NCBI GenBank assembly: GCA_965219415.1
Contig: OZ244742.1
Location: 1,408,001-1,472,000 of the forward strand
Reading direction: 5' to 3'
Origin: Candidatus Marinacidobacterales bacterium
Lineage (GTDB): Bacteria > Acidobacteriota > Vicinamibacteria > Marinacidobacterales > DATDRI01
Length of the DNA stretch: 64,000 nucleotides
This document shows, one piece after another, positions 11,477 through 21,678 of the stretch. Each line of letters starts with the position of its first letter. Position 1 is the first letter of the stretch. The position numbers were made by a program, and so were the translations under genes. A model generated the notes under the pieces. That model saw nothing but the letters and a program-made list of their open reading frames with translations, was not told the origin of the DNA and ran no database searches.

Positions 11477-12072
11477 GAGTCCTGCCTAATCTCCGCCAAC
11501 CGCACCAAGTACTTCGCCAGTATATCGTATTCCAAGTTCACACCATCTCCCGGCACCCGCTCCCCGAGCGTCGTGACCCGCAGGGTCTGGGGAATGAGCA
11601 TGACCTCAAACCAAGCCTCTCCGCAAGCCGTCACCGTCAAGCTAACGCCGTCGATGGCGATCGAGCCCTTCTCGACGATGTAGCGGTCGGACTCCCGGGG
11701 GTGCTCGAAGCGAACGACCCGATCGGCCGCGCGCTCCGAGGTGGAAGCCACGTGCCCCGTTCCGTCCACATGACCCTGCACAAAATGGCCATCCAGCCTG
11801 CCATCGGGCCTGAGGGGCAGCTCGAGATTTACCCGGCCGTCGGTCGCCAGGGCGCCCAGCGTTGTGCGATCTATGGTCTCGTTCGAGACATCGACCGTGA
11901 AGCGGGGTCCCGCGAGCTCGGTAACCGTGAGGCAGACACCGGACACCGCGATACTGGCACCGACTCGAAGCTCGCCAGGAAGAAGGTTGCCTTCGAAGGT
12001 CAGGCTGAGTTGCCCCTTCTGCTCGACCCGTTCGACGATGCGGCCTACGTCCTCGATGATGCCGGTGAACAT
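11461..12072 (-). CDS. ribE: Riboflavin synthase (alpha chain)
   Basis: MFTGI N-terminus, [23 protein letters not shown]. Confidence 0.95.
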   Translation of the reverse strand: MFTGIIEDVGRIVERVEQKGQLSLTFEGNLLPGELRVGASIAVSGVCLTVTELAGPRFTVDVSNETIDRTTLGALATDGRVNLELPLRPDGRLDGHFVQGHVDGTGHVASTSERAADRVVRFEHPRESDRYIVEKGSIAIDGVSLTVTACGEAWFEVMLIPQTLRVTTLGERVPGDGVNLEYDILAKYLVRLAEIRQDSWRKD

Positions 12073-12074
12073 AG

Positions 12075-13214
12075 CTAGCTCCCCCGCACCTCTGCTTCCA
12101 CGACGATCTCCGACCCCACTCGGTAGGAGACCATGTGGTTCAACCGCGTCGCATCCACAAGTCGCCGAGGCCCTTCTCCATCGACCAACGAGCGCGCCTC
12201 CCTTCCGCCGATGATTCGCGGCGCGAGATACAGTACCACCTGGTCCGCCAACCCCTGCTCGAGAAAAGAGGCGTTGACCTCACTACCACCTTCGACCAGT
12301 AAGCGCGTCACGTCTCTCTTGGCCAAACGCCTTAGCGCCGTCCGGAGGTTGAGCCTGCCTCGACGTAGCGGCAAACGTTCTACGATCACTCCCGCGTTTT
12401 CGAGGCGTCGCACTCGAGACGGCAAAGCCTCCGGGCCTGCGAACACCAGAACCGGTCCTTCTCCGAGCGTCGAGAGCAGGCGCGCGCGAGGCGCCATACG
12501 CAAAGAGGTGTCCAGTACGACCCGTAAGAAAGGGCCCGTCTGCCGGTTACGGGGACGCACCGTGAGCCGCGGATCATCGGCACGAACGGTGCCAATACCG
12601 ACCATGATGGAGTCGTTCTCGCGGCGTAAGAGACGTGCGTGCTCGCGGGCCTCGTCCGACGTGATCCACATTGCGTCTCCGGTTCGCGTCGCGATTCGGC
12701 CGTCTAGACTGGCAGCACCCTTCAACGTCACCAGCGGAACGCCCTGTTTGACGAACTTTGTGAAGGCGCGGTTGAGCCGGGTCGCATCGGCGCTCATCAG
12801 TCCAACTTCCACCGCCAAACCCTTTCGCCGAAGCCACCGAAAGCCCCCGCCATTCACACGAGGATCGGGATCCCGGATGGAGGCGATCACTCGCTTCACC
12901 CCCGCCCACTCGATCTCCTGCACGCACGGCGGCGTGCGACCGGTATGACAACAAGGCTCGAGGTTCGTATAGAGCGTTGCACCGCGGGCCGCACCGCCCG
13001 CCTGTCGCAGCGCAATGACTTCGGCGTGAGGCTCCCCGGCCCGACGATGAAAACCCTGGCCGATGACCTGGTCGCCCTTCGCCACCACCGCCCCCACCAT
13101 CGGATTGGGGCTGGTGCATCCGCGGCCCATCGAAGCGAGAGCTAACACCCGCCTCATCATTCTCCGTCCGGTCTCTGCTTCGCGAGCCGCTATCGACGAG
13201 CTGCGTTCAGCCAC
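12075..13214 (-). CDS. ribD: Riboflavin deaminase/reductase
   Basis: PNPMVG, HAE, LEPCCH...PPC, ASLDG, VEGG; GTG start inferred from overlap with the ftsY stop. Confidence 0.95.
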   Translation of the reverse strand: MAERSSSIAAREAETGRRMMRRVLALASMGRGCTSPNPMVGAVVAKGDQVIGQGFHRRAGEPHAEVIALRQAGGAARGATLYTNLEPCCHTGRTPPCVQEIEWAGVKRVIASIRDPDPRVNGGGFRWLRRKGLAVEVGLMSADATRLNRAFTKFVKQGVPLVTLKGAASLDGRIATRTGDAMWITSDEAREHARLLRRENDSIMVGIGTVRADDPRLTVRPRNRQTGPFLRVVLDTSLRMAPRARLLSTLGEGPVLVFAGPEALPSRVRRLENAGVIVERLPLRRGRLNLRTALRRLAKRDVTRLLVEGGSEVNASFLEQGLADQVVLYLAPRIIGGREARSLVDGEGPRRLVDATRLNHMVSYRVGSEIVVEAEVRGS

Positions 13215-14115
13215 GGATCTCTTCTCCCACCAGCGCGTCAACGAACTGCTCCGCCGAAAAATCCATCAAGTCATCTTCTCCCTCACCCACCCCGGCATAG
13301 ACAACCGGAAGGCCGAGCTCACGCGCGACGGCAACCACGATGCCGCCCTTGGCAGTGCCGTCCAATTTAGTTAGGACAATGCCATCGACTCCCAGCGACT
13401 CGCTGAAACGCCGCGCCTGCACCAAGCCGTTGCCGCCAACCGTTGCGTCCATGACCAGCAGCGTTTGATGCGGGGCTTCTGGAATCAGACGCCCCGCCAC
13501 CCTCTTCATCTTGGCAAGCTCGTCCATCAACGGTTTCTTGGTATGTAGCCTACCCGCCGTATCGACGAACACGTCGTCGGCGCCGCGGGCGGCGGCAGCC
13601 TGAAGCCCCTCGTGCACGACCGAGGCGGGATCCGTCCCCTCATCTCCTCGAATCAGGTCGACCTCTAGCCGATTGGCCCACGTCTGGAGCTGCTCCAACG
13701 CGGCGGCGCGAAAAGTATCCGCCGCGACGATGAGCGGTTTGCGGCCCACGCGGGCCGCACGATGAGCCAACCTGGCAACCGTGGTGGTTTTCCCGACGCC
13801 GTTGACTCCGACGACCAAGACGACGTTGGGAGGAGCGGCAGCCGTCCGCAAGCCGTCCGGGTTGGCGTGACGAAGGATAGTTAATAATTCGTGGCCCAGA
13901 ACCGCACGGATATCTTCACCGGTCCGGCGTCCCCGACCGCTGCGAAGCGCCTCCACCAACTCGACGCTTACGGCCGCACCGACGTCCGCGGAAACCAGCG
14001 CTTCCTCGAGCAGGTCCCAGTCAGGCTCATGGCCCGCTGTCGCAAGCCCCAATCCGCTTGCTAGGTTCCCTCGGGTCCGGGCCAGTCCTTCCTTGAGACG
14101 TTCGAAGACACGCAA
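13207..14115 (-). CDS. ftsY: SRP receptor (short NG-only form)
   Basis: GVNGVGKTT, DTFRAAA, DTAGR, TKLDGTAKGG. Confidence 0.95.
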   Translation of the reverse strand: MRVFERLKEGLARTRGNLASGLGLATAGHEPDWDLLEEALVSADVGAAVSVELVEALRSGRGRRTGEDIRAVLGHELLTILRHANPDGLRTAAAPPNVVLVVGVNGVGKTTTVARLAHRAARVGRKPLIVAADTFRAAALEQLQTWANRLEVDLIRGDEGTDPASVVHEGLQAAAARGADDVFVDTAGRLHTKKPLMDELAKMKRVAGRLIPEAPHQTLLVMDATVGGNGLVQARRFSESLGVDGIVLTKLDGTAKGGIVVAVARELGLPVVYAGVGEGEDDLMDFSAEQFVDALVGEEIRG

Positions 14116-14162
14116 AGGAGCTTCTCGACATTCACAACAGGCGCGAAACGAGATGCCCGATC

Positions 14163-14924
14163 TCAGGTGCCCGGCTTCAAAGAGTCGAGCCTCCCGAGAC
14201 TGAGCTTACCCAAAGTAGAGAAGCGCCCCGCTTCCACGACGCGGCGGTAGTACTTCCGGGCTTCCGTGACGTCACCCCTGTCGTCGTAGATGCGAGCCGT
14301 TTCATAAAGACTCGGAACGTCTGATGGGTCGTTCTCCAGCGCTTTTCCGAACTGTTCCAAAGCCAGCTCGGGCTCCCCGAGCACCCGATGAATTTCGCCC
14401 ATGCCCCGATACCCCATCGCAAACTTGGGCTTCTTCTCGACCGAGCGGTGATAGTACATCATAGCCAGCTCGTAGTTCTTTTCGCGGAGGTACAACGAGC
14501 CCATGTTGTAGAGCGCTTTCTCTGGCGTCGGATAGGTCGAATCGCGGATCACGGTGGTGAATTCCGCGAACGCCCTTTCTTTGTTTCCCATCTCCGAGTA
14601 GAGCACGCCCAAATTGTTGTGCACATCGGTCAGATCCATATTGAGCTTGATAGCGGTCTGAAACGCTTTCTCCGCCCCCCTGAAATCTCCGACCGCGGTC
14701 ATAGCCAAGCCCATGGCATTGAAGATCCAAGGGTTCTCCTTATCAAGCTTGAGGGAGGCCTGGTACTGTTCGATCGCCTCGTCCAGACGACCTTCCTGAT
14801 GCAGGTACTTGGCCTGATTGAAGATCGTAAGCGCTTCGTTGATCTTCGCGTCGTTCTGTACCGCCCCCATCAACAGCAGGGTCAACGAAGCAATCAAGAC
14901 TCGGTGTTGGGATCCAAGAGTCAT
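14163..14924 (-). CDS. Exported TPR protein, PilF/PilW/Tgl-like
   Basis: Signal peptide, tandem TPRs, NNLGVLY...TYPTPEKALYNMG resembling pilotin-type TPR proteins; no lipobox Cys. Confidence 0.7.
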   Translation of the reverse strand: MTLGSQHRVLIASLTLLLMGAVQNDAKINEALTIFNQAKYLHQEGRLDEAIEQYQASLKLDKENPWIFNAMGLAMTAVGDFRGAEKAFQTAIKLNMDLTDVHNNLGVLYSEMGNKERAFAEFTTVIRDSTYPTPEKALYNMGSLYLREKNYELAMMYYHRSVEKKPKFAMGYRGMGEIHRVLGEPELALEQFGKALENDPSDVPSLYETARIYDDRGDVTEARKYYRRVVEAGRFSTLGKLSLGRLDSLKPGT

Positions 14925-14941
14925 GAGAGTCCCTACCTCCT

Positions 14942-15071
14942 TTAGTGCTCGCTCCGCTCGCGCAGAGCCGCCAGCTGTCCCGCAGCCGTTTGCCGGCGAA
15001 GGGACAAGCCGTGGGGGTGGGGCCCCGCAGCATTGATGGAAAGACGCACTGAATTCTTCAACAGCCTGCTA
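14942..15071. repeat. ~130-bp REP/MITE-like element, copy 1
   Basis: Colinear with 59909-60038: TTAGTGC...CAGCTGTCCCGnAGCCG..TGCCGGCGAAGGGAC...GTGGGGGTGGGGCC...TGAATT...CCTGCTA. Confidence 0.8.
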
Positions 15072-16998
15072 CTGTCTCGAACGATTCAATGGCACCGGCT
15101 CGGAAGACACCCCGGCCACTTCTTCTTCCCTACGTACCGGCTCGGCGTCGGGAATACCGTTTGCCGGGTCGGCATGTTCGGACGAATCAACCCCTCCTCG
15201 TATGCCTTGATGAGAGCTTCTACCACCGGTCGATCGAATTTTTTACCCACGAAACTTCGCATGCGATCGAGCACATAGCTAATGTCCATCGCCTTCTGAT
15301 AGGGGCGATTCGTCGTCATAGCATCGAAGCAATCGGCCACACTCACAATCTTAGCAGTCAAGGGGATTTCGTCTCCACGAAGACCCTCTGGATATCCAGT
15401 ACCGTTGACGTTTTCGTGATGGTATTTCATCCCGGGAATCATGTCTTGCAGCTGCGGAACCTGCTCCATGATAACCGCTCCCTTAGTGGGATGGGTCTTC
15501 ATAATCTCGTACTCCTCGTCGGTGAGAGGACCCTCCTTGCCCAAGATTTTGTCCTCGATCCCGATCTTTCCGACGTCGTGCATGAGTGCCGAGACACGGA
15601 CCACCTCGACGTCGTGCTCGGACAGGCCCAGCTCGATGGCGATCTTCTCCGAAAAATGGGAGACCCGCTCCGAGTGACCCCGTGTGTAAGGGTCCCTGGC
15701 GTCGATGGCAGCGGCCAGAGAGCTGACCGCGCCCATGAACATTTTCTTGTTCTCCTCCGCCGCTTTCTGAAGACGTTGAACGTAGTTCTTGATCTCCGCC
15801 TTCATGAGTTGAAGGTATCGGCCAACTCACCGAACTCGTTTCGCGACGTAACTTCGATGTCCCGCGAGAAATCACCCGCCGCCAATCGGCGCGCCCCCTC
15901 CGCTAGCCGCGCGATCGGCTGCGAGAGCCGACCCGCCGAAACCACCGCGAGCACGATAGCCAGAATGATCGAGAATCCGGCCACCCTGTAGCTCGTGCGT
16001 TCGATGTCGCGGACCGTTGAGTAGACCGCTTCCTCCTTAGCCTGCACGATCGCGCCCCAATCCAAGGCGCGCAAAAAGGCGGTCTGCGAGCTCCGGTCCC
16101 CGATGGAAGTGTAAGTGCCAACCATAGCTTCGACATCTGATTCGGTGGGTTGCTCGAAGTTCACCAGCCTCGAGGCGTGTCCAGAGGACTCCTGAAACGC
16201 GGTAACCATGACTTCACCCGAGAAGTTCGGTTTGGTAAAGAGCGTCTCTCGGTTGGAATGCACGACGAGACGTCCGTCGCCGTCCACCACGAAGACCTCG
16301 CGCCCCAAGTGGCTCTTGGCCTCGACCATTTCCTGTATGGGTTGCAGGCTCACCAGTACCGAAACGACACCCGCCACCTCATTGGTAGCAAAGATGGGCG
16401 CGGAGACCACGACCACGGTATCCAAGATCGTCTCCGACACATAGGGGGGTGATACGTAATGCCGACCCGACAGCCCTTCTAGAAAGGACTGACGGAAGTA
16501 CTCTCCCACTTCTTCTCGCAGATCGTACCCGGCGTAGGCGCCATCTCCTCGCTGGTCATAGACGGTAATCGACAGGACATGGCTTCCGTCTTGTACGTAT
16601 CTGATCAAATCGTCACTTTCCGAAACCCTAGAGATCCTCGCCGCCACAACCCAGGGTTTGTCACCGATGCCAAACGTTTGCGCAATCCCCACAACTTGGT
16701 CGTGCATTGCCTGAAGGTAGAGTCGGGCTTGCTTCGCGATGGTGCGGGTCTGGTCGAGTTGGACGAGCTCTTCTGATAGGGCGAGCGCTTCGCGATTTCG
16801 CTCGATGAGTATCGTGCTGGTTACCAGCAAAGGCGTCAAACCGGCGAGCATCATTACGATAACCAACGCGTAGAGTATCTTCCCGCGCCTCAGCCGCCCC
16901 TTGTCGTCTTCGGTCGGTTTGACCAGCGCGCCCGGTTGGGCAGGCTGAGCCAGCTTGGCTGACCGCGATGTCTTGGTAGGTCTGGAAGGTGATCGCAC
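15069..16998 (-). pseudogene. Cache-HAMP-HD-GYP c-di-GMP phosphodiesterase, frameshifted
   Basis: Split at ADTFN|MKAEI (~15805); HDVGKIG and HHENVNGTGYP motifs present. A second probable 1-bp loss near 15180 restores the tail PEHADPANGIPDAEPVRREEEV...RSRQ* ending at TAG 15069-15071. Confidence 0.8.
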
Positions 16999-17014
16999 TT
17001 CGTCTCCGATTTTT

Positions 17015-18582
17015 CTAGTTGACCCGCGTCTCGCTGCTCTTTTTCTCGGATAGGACCTGAAACGCCCGAACGGCTTTCTTCTTCCCTTTGAGAGTAACCG
17101 TGCCGAGATCCTCGAGCTCGAATGAGTCTTTCACGAGCTCTTGAGTCCGTTCTCCCACCACCACCTGCCCGGCCTTGGCCACCATCGACTCGATGCGAGA
17201 CGCGATGTTCACGGTGTCACCGAGAACGGTGATCTCTTTTCTCTTGTGAGATCCGATCGGGCCGGCAATGACGTTGCCACTATTGATGCCCATTCTCATT
17301 TCTATCGGCGGATCCTTGGCGAGCTCCTTGTTCAGATCCCGGAGTCGCCTGCGCATCTCGAGGGCAACTCGGACGGCGCGTTCGGCATGGTCTTCCTGTG
17401 GGTAGGGTGCTCCGAACACCGCCATGATGCAATCACCGATAAATTTGTCCAAGGTCCCGTCGTACTCAAGTACGACATCCGCCATGCGCGAGAAATAGTC
17501 GTTGAGAAGCTGGCCAACCTCGAGCGGCTCCATTTTCTCGGCCATCGGTGTGAAGCCAACGATATCCGAGAAGACCACCGAGACCTCGAGCTCCTGAACT
17601 TCCTTTTCTCCCTCCGACATGATGCGCTCGGCGACGGCGGGGGAGAAGTATTTCTCGAAACGCTCTCGTCTCACCTTCTCCTGTTGAACTTTCTTGTTCA
17701 AGTTGGCCTGCTCGATGGCAATCGCTGCGTAGTTCCCCAGAGCCGGCAACAGCTCCAGATCGGCTTCCCCGAAAGTATTGGAGGCCATCGGGGAGTCGAT
17801 GTGGATGATCCCGACCTTGTCCCCCCTCCACAGCGGCGCACACATCGCGGAGCGTATGCCGTGAAAGCGAATGCTGTCGCCGGAGGCGAAGCGGGGATCG
17901 ACTTGCTGATCGTGATCTTGCCTTCGTCACCACCGTGACGGTATTTGACGACGCGTGGCTTCAGGTTGCCGTCGTCGTCGTACAACATCAGAAAGCCGCG
18001 GTCCACCGGGATGTGCTCGAAGACCGCATCCATCACCCGACCCTCCACCTCCTCCGGCTGAGCGGTGATAAGCGCTTTGGCGAGCTCGGAAAGGCTCCTC
18101 AAGATGTGATTGGTCTTTTCGATGTCCGCCGCTTCGAGATCGGGCACGGTCCGGGACGCCGTGGTCGGAAGATGGGTTTCACCTTTCGACTTAGGCGGCT
18201 CCACACCCAAGTACTTCTGGAGCTCGCCGACGCTACGAATAACGGTACCCGCTTCTTCCAGCAACGGTATTTGCTCGTCCAGGACGACCTTCTCATCGAG
18301 GGTCCGTCTAAACTGGAGAATGAACTTGCCCAGCGCTACCTGATCGCCATCGTTCAGGATGGCTTCGAGCACCGCCACACCGTTTACGTGAGTTCCGTTC
18401 TTGCTCTTGAGGTCGACCAATCGACACTGTTTACCGTCGACCATTACCTTGGCGTGATGGCGGGAGACCCCGAAATCCTTGATCACGATGTCGCAGTCAG
18501 GCGAACGGCCCAGCACGACGCCTCCCAAATCGATGGGAACCGCCCGCTCGTTACCTTCTTCTTGGTACGTCAGCTCGAACAT
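17015..18582 (-). pseudogene. FHA-GAF-class III adenylate cyclase with frameshifting deletion
   Basis: FHA (GRSPDCD, VSRHHA, SKNGT); GAF broken at ITISKSI|VDPRFASGDSIRFHGIRSAMCAPL; catalytic FSDIVGFT, KFIGD, GDTVNIASR. Confidence 0.85.
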
Positions 18583-18638
18583 CAGGAGTGGACTGCGCCC
18601 GACCCAGCGCCCTCTGCCGGAGGAAACAACACCTTTCA

Positions 18639-19252
18639 TTATACCAACTTTCGCCGGCCAACGCCTCTACCGCCAAGACGTGGCTCGACGCCGCGGCGGA
18701 GCCGAGAGACATTTCCGTGGCGGCGCGCCACGATGACCGCGCCGACGATCGCACTGGCGATAGTAACCGCCCGAGACTCTCCCCACCCCAGACACAGGGG
18801 GCGACGGAGGCGGCCGCCGTCATCGATGCCAGCGAGACGAAGCGAAAAGCCCAAAGGACAGTAGCGAATAGCGCCATCGCGATGAGGACTGGCTCAGGCG
18901 CCAGAACCAGGAAGGCCCCTAGAGCCGTGGCAACTCCCTTACCTCCCCGAAAACCATAGAAGATCGGGAAGAGGTGGCCCAAAACGACCGCCACTGCCGC
19001 CGCGGGAAGGGCGCTCCCGGCCGGCGACACCGCCCCCGTCAAGAGCACCGCCGCTGCCCCCTTGGCCGCGTCGAGCACGAGAGCCGCCGCGCCTGCCCTC
19101 TTTCCTGCCACACGCATGACGTTGGTAGCTCCCGGATTTCCGCTCGCCGACTCACGGGGATCCATCCCCTTTACGGCCCGCGAAAGGATCACCCCAAAGA
19201 GAACCGACCCCAGCAGGTAAGACCCAATGAGAACTAGGCTGTTCGTGATCAC
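18639..19252 (-). pseudogene. plsY: Glycerol-3-phosphate acyltransferase PlsY, frameshifted near the C-terminus
   Basis: SGNPGATNV, DAAKG, GHLFP, FRGGKGVAT, VSLAS. Last TM and the RHxxN-like segment lie in another frame; one extra base in the G5 run (18797-18801) restores 204 aa. Confidence 0.75.
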
Positions 19253-19842
19253 CGATCGGCTCCACCCATCATCGAGGGCTTCCCAGCCTGCACCGCGAGA
19301 GGAAACCGCGCCACCGCATCGTAAACGGCTCCACTCGGCTTCAACGTGCTGCGAATCAAAACCAAGTGCTCGACCCGGACAGTTCCAAAAGCCCTATCCT
19401 CGAACCCGGATCGAATTAGCCCGAGCTCCTTCTCCGGTTTCCGGAAGCGCGCGAAGGTCAGGTGCGGTTCGAAACCTCTCTCCTCGGGAGGAAATCCATG
19501 TTTCGTCACGACTCCTTCGATCTGTGCGTGCAACCCGTGGATCTCACGGGGGGGATCTTTGACCGAAGCACACAAAACCCTAGCGCGCCGAAAGTTCGGC
19601 AAGACGGTGAGGCCTCGAAATTCGAGATGCAACGGAGCAAACCGCGCCACAGTTGCCTCGAGCTCGATCGACATGTCTCTCAGGCGCTCCTCGCTGGCTT
19701 CCCCTAGAAAGCGGAGGGTCATGTGGAGATTTTCGGGAGGGACCCAACGGGCACTTTTGAGGGATTTCCGAAGCTCCGAAACGAGCAGGCGTACCGCGTC
19801 ACGCACCTCCGATGAAACTTCGACCGCGATGAAGACACGCAT
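19249..19842 (-). CDS. thpR: RNA 2',3'-cyclic phosphodiesterase
   Basis: MRVFIAV start; two HxT motifs (LHMTLRF, PHLTFARF). Confidence 0.92.
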   Translation of the reverse strand: MRVFIAVEVSSEVRDAVRLLVSELRKSLKSARWVPPENLHMTLRFLGEASEERLRDMSIELEATVARFAPLHLEFRGLTVLPNFRRARVLCASVKDPPREIHGLHAQIEGVVTKHGFPPEERGFEPHLTFARFRKPEKELGLIRSGFEDRAFGTVRVEHLVLIRSTLKPSGAVYDAVARFPLAVQAGKPSMMGGADR

Positions 19843-19873
19843 CGATCCAGACCCTTTAGCGACCGAGTCAGTA

Positions 19874-21130
19874 TTACTCGAGGATGTGCAACCGCAACAA
19901 GTTGAGCGCGGCCTGCGAGCTCCACCATTTCACTTGCGAGCGAGCGCCGGGGATCCGCAGCCGTCGCACGACGCTCACCTTTCCGTCGCTAACCGCAATG
20001 AAGACGAGCCCTACCGGCTTTTCGACGCTCCCGCCGTCAGGGCCCGCGATGCCCGTGACCGCCACCGCGAGATCGGTACCCGCTTTGTTGCGGGCCCCCT
20101 CGGCCATCGATTTCGCCACCTCTTCGCTTACCGCACCATGGGCACGAATGAGAGCGTCCGGAACGCCGAGAAGCTCGACCTTGCTCTCGTTACTGTAGGT
20201 GACGAATCCCCTTTCGACGTAGCGGGAGCTACCGGGCACCTCCGTTAGACGATGAGCGATAAGGCCTCCGGTGCAAGATTCGGCCACCGCAATGGTGAGC
20301 GATCGCTCGCTCAACAGGTGGCCCACAACTGCCTCCAAAGATTCGCCCGTCTCGCTAAAGATCTTCGTTCCTAGTACATCGCGCAGTTTGCTCGCTAATT
20401 CTTCATTCCCGGTATCCGCTTCTGTCGGAGTGCTCGCCCTGGCGGTGAGACGAATCTCGACCTGGCCCGCAGATGCCAAAATCGTGGTGCTAGGATTGTC
20501 GTATTCGCCGTAGATCGGGCCCACCTTCTGCTCTACCGAGGACTCGGGTAGTCCGGCTATAAATAGCTGTTTGGTCCGGTAAACCACGCCGCTGGCACGT
20601 TCAGCCAGCCGGGGAAGCACCTGCGATTCGAAGATCGATTGAAGCTCGTGAGGGGGACCGGGGAGAAGCACCACATCCTTCGCCCCACCTTTAATCGCCG
20701 GAGGAGTCGCCGTGATCCAAAGGCCGGGCGCGGTGCCGACATCGTTTGCCAGAACCTTCGCACCTTCTGGTACCAGCGCCTGCTTTCGATTGACCTCGGC
20801 CATGGTGAATCCGCGTCGTTCGAACCGAAGGCGAATGCCCTCGAGCACGACTTCATCGAGATCCATGGCGAGACCGAGAGCATCCGCGAAACCCTCTCGA
20901 GTCACGTCGTCGGAAGTCGGGCCGAGACCCCCAGTAGCGACTACGAGGTCGGCGCGGGCCAGCGCTTGCCGAGCCGCTTCGGCGATGGCGTCCCGATCGT
21001 CTCCGACCGTGGCGCGAAAGACTACCGGGATACCCGCCGAGGCCAGTCGTTCGATCAAGTAAGCCGAGTTCGTGTCGTTGCTCCCCGGCGTCAGGAGCTC
21101 ACTCCCAACGATTAGAAGCTGAGCGTTCAA
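19874..21130 (-). CDS. cinA: CinA-like protein (MocF domain + PncC NMN deamidase)
   Basis: VGSELL..DTN, TGGLGPTSDD, LPGPPHE, AESCTGG, GAVSEE, TGIAGP; TTG start inferred. Confidence 0.93.
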   Translation of the reverse strand: MNAQLLIVGSELLTPGSNDTNSAYLIERLASAGIPVVFRATVGDDRDAIAEAARQALARADLVVATGGLGPTSDDVTREGFADALGLAMDLDEVVLEGIRLRFERRGFTMAEVNRKQALVPEGAKVLANDVGTAPGLWITATPPAIKGGAKDVVLLPGPPHELQSIFESQVLPRLAERASGVVYRTKQLFIAGLPESSVEQKVGPIYGEYDNPSTTILASAGQVEIRLTARASTPTEADTGNEELASKLRDVLGTKIFSETGESLEAVVGHLLSERSLTIAVAESCTGGLIAHRLTEVPGSSRYVERGFVTYSNESKVELLGVPDALIRAHGAVSEEVAKSMAEGARNKAGTDLAVAVTGIAGPDGGSVEKPVGLVFIAVSDGKVSVVRRLRIPGARSQVKWWSSQAALNLLRLHILE

Positions 21131-21141
21131 CCAGTCTCCGT

Positions 21142-21624
21142 TCAGCTCGCGATGACAAGTGCTGGCCAAACCACGCTCGCTAGCCGCAACACGATGTTTG
21201 CGTAAACCCCCGCGATCAGATCGTCCGCCATGATCCCCAATCCTCCATGAAGCCCTTCGGCTCGACGACAAGGAAACGGCTTGATGATGTCGAACAAACG
21301 GAAAAGGAGGAACCCTACCAATAGACCGATCCAGCTCACCGGAATCAGAAAGAGGGACAGGAGCATTCCGGCTATTTCGTCGACCACCACCGCGGAGGGA
21401 TCTTTCTTGGCGAAGTGCTTCTCCGCCACGTTAGACGCCAACACGCCGGCCACGGAAAAAAACGCCACCGCGAGTCCGTAGACGATATTGGATTCAGTCA
21501 GGCGCAACCCACGATCGATAAGGATCGCCAACGCGGATCCGGCGGTCCCCGGAGCGATCGGAGAAAACCCAACGTACGCGCCGGTTGCCAGAAAAACCGC
21601 CGCTCCCCGTGATATCGAGCTCAT
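21142..21624 (-). CDS. pgpA: Phosphatidylglycerophosphatase A
   Basis: APGTAGS, VVDEIAG, FRLFDIIKP, GIMADD. Confidence 0.95.
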   Translation of the reverse strand: MSSISRGAAVFLATGAYVGFSPIAPGTAGSALAILIDRGLRLTESNIVYGLAVAFFSVAGVLASNVAEKHFAKKDPSAVVVDEIAGMLLSLFLIPVSWIGLLVGFLLFRLFDIIKPFPCRRAEGLHGGLGIMADDLIAGVYANIVLRLASVVWPALVIAS

Positions 21625-21678
21625 TTTCTTGCCTCCAGATTAGGCTTGCTGGGATCGGGTTGCAAACTAGTCAGCTCG

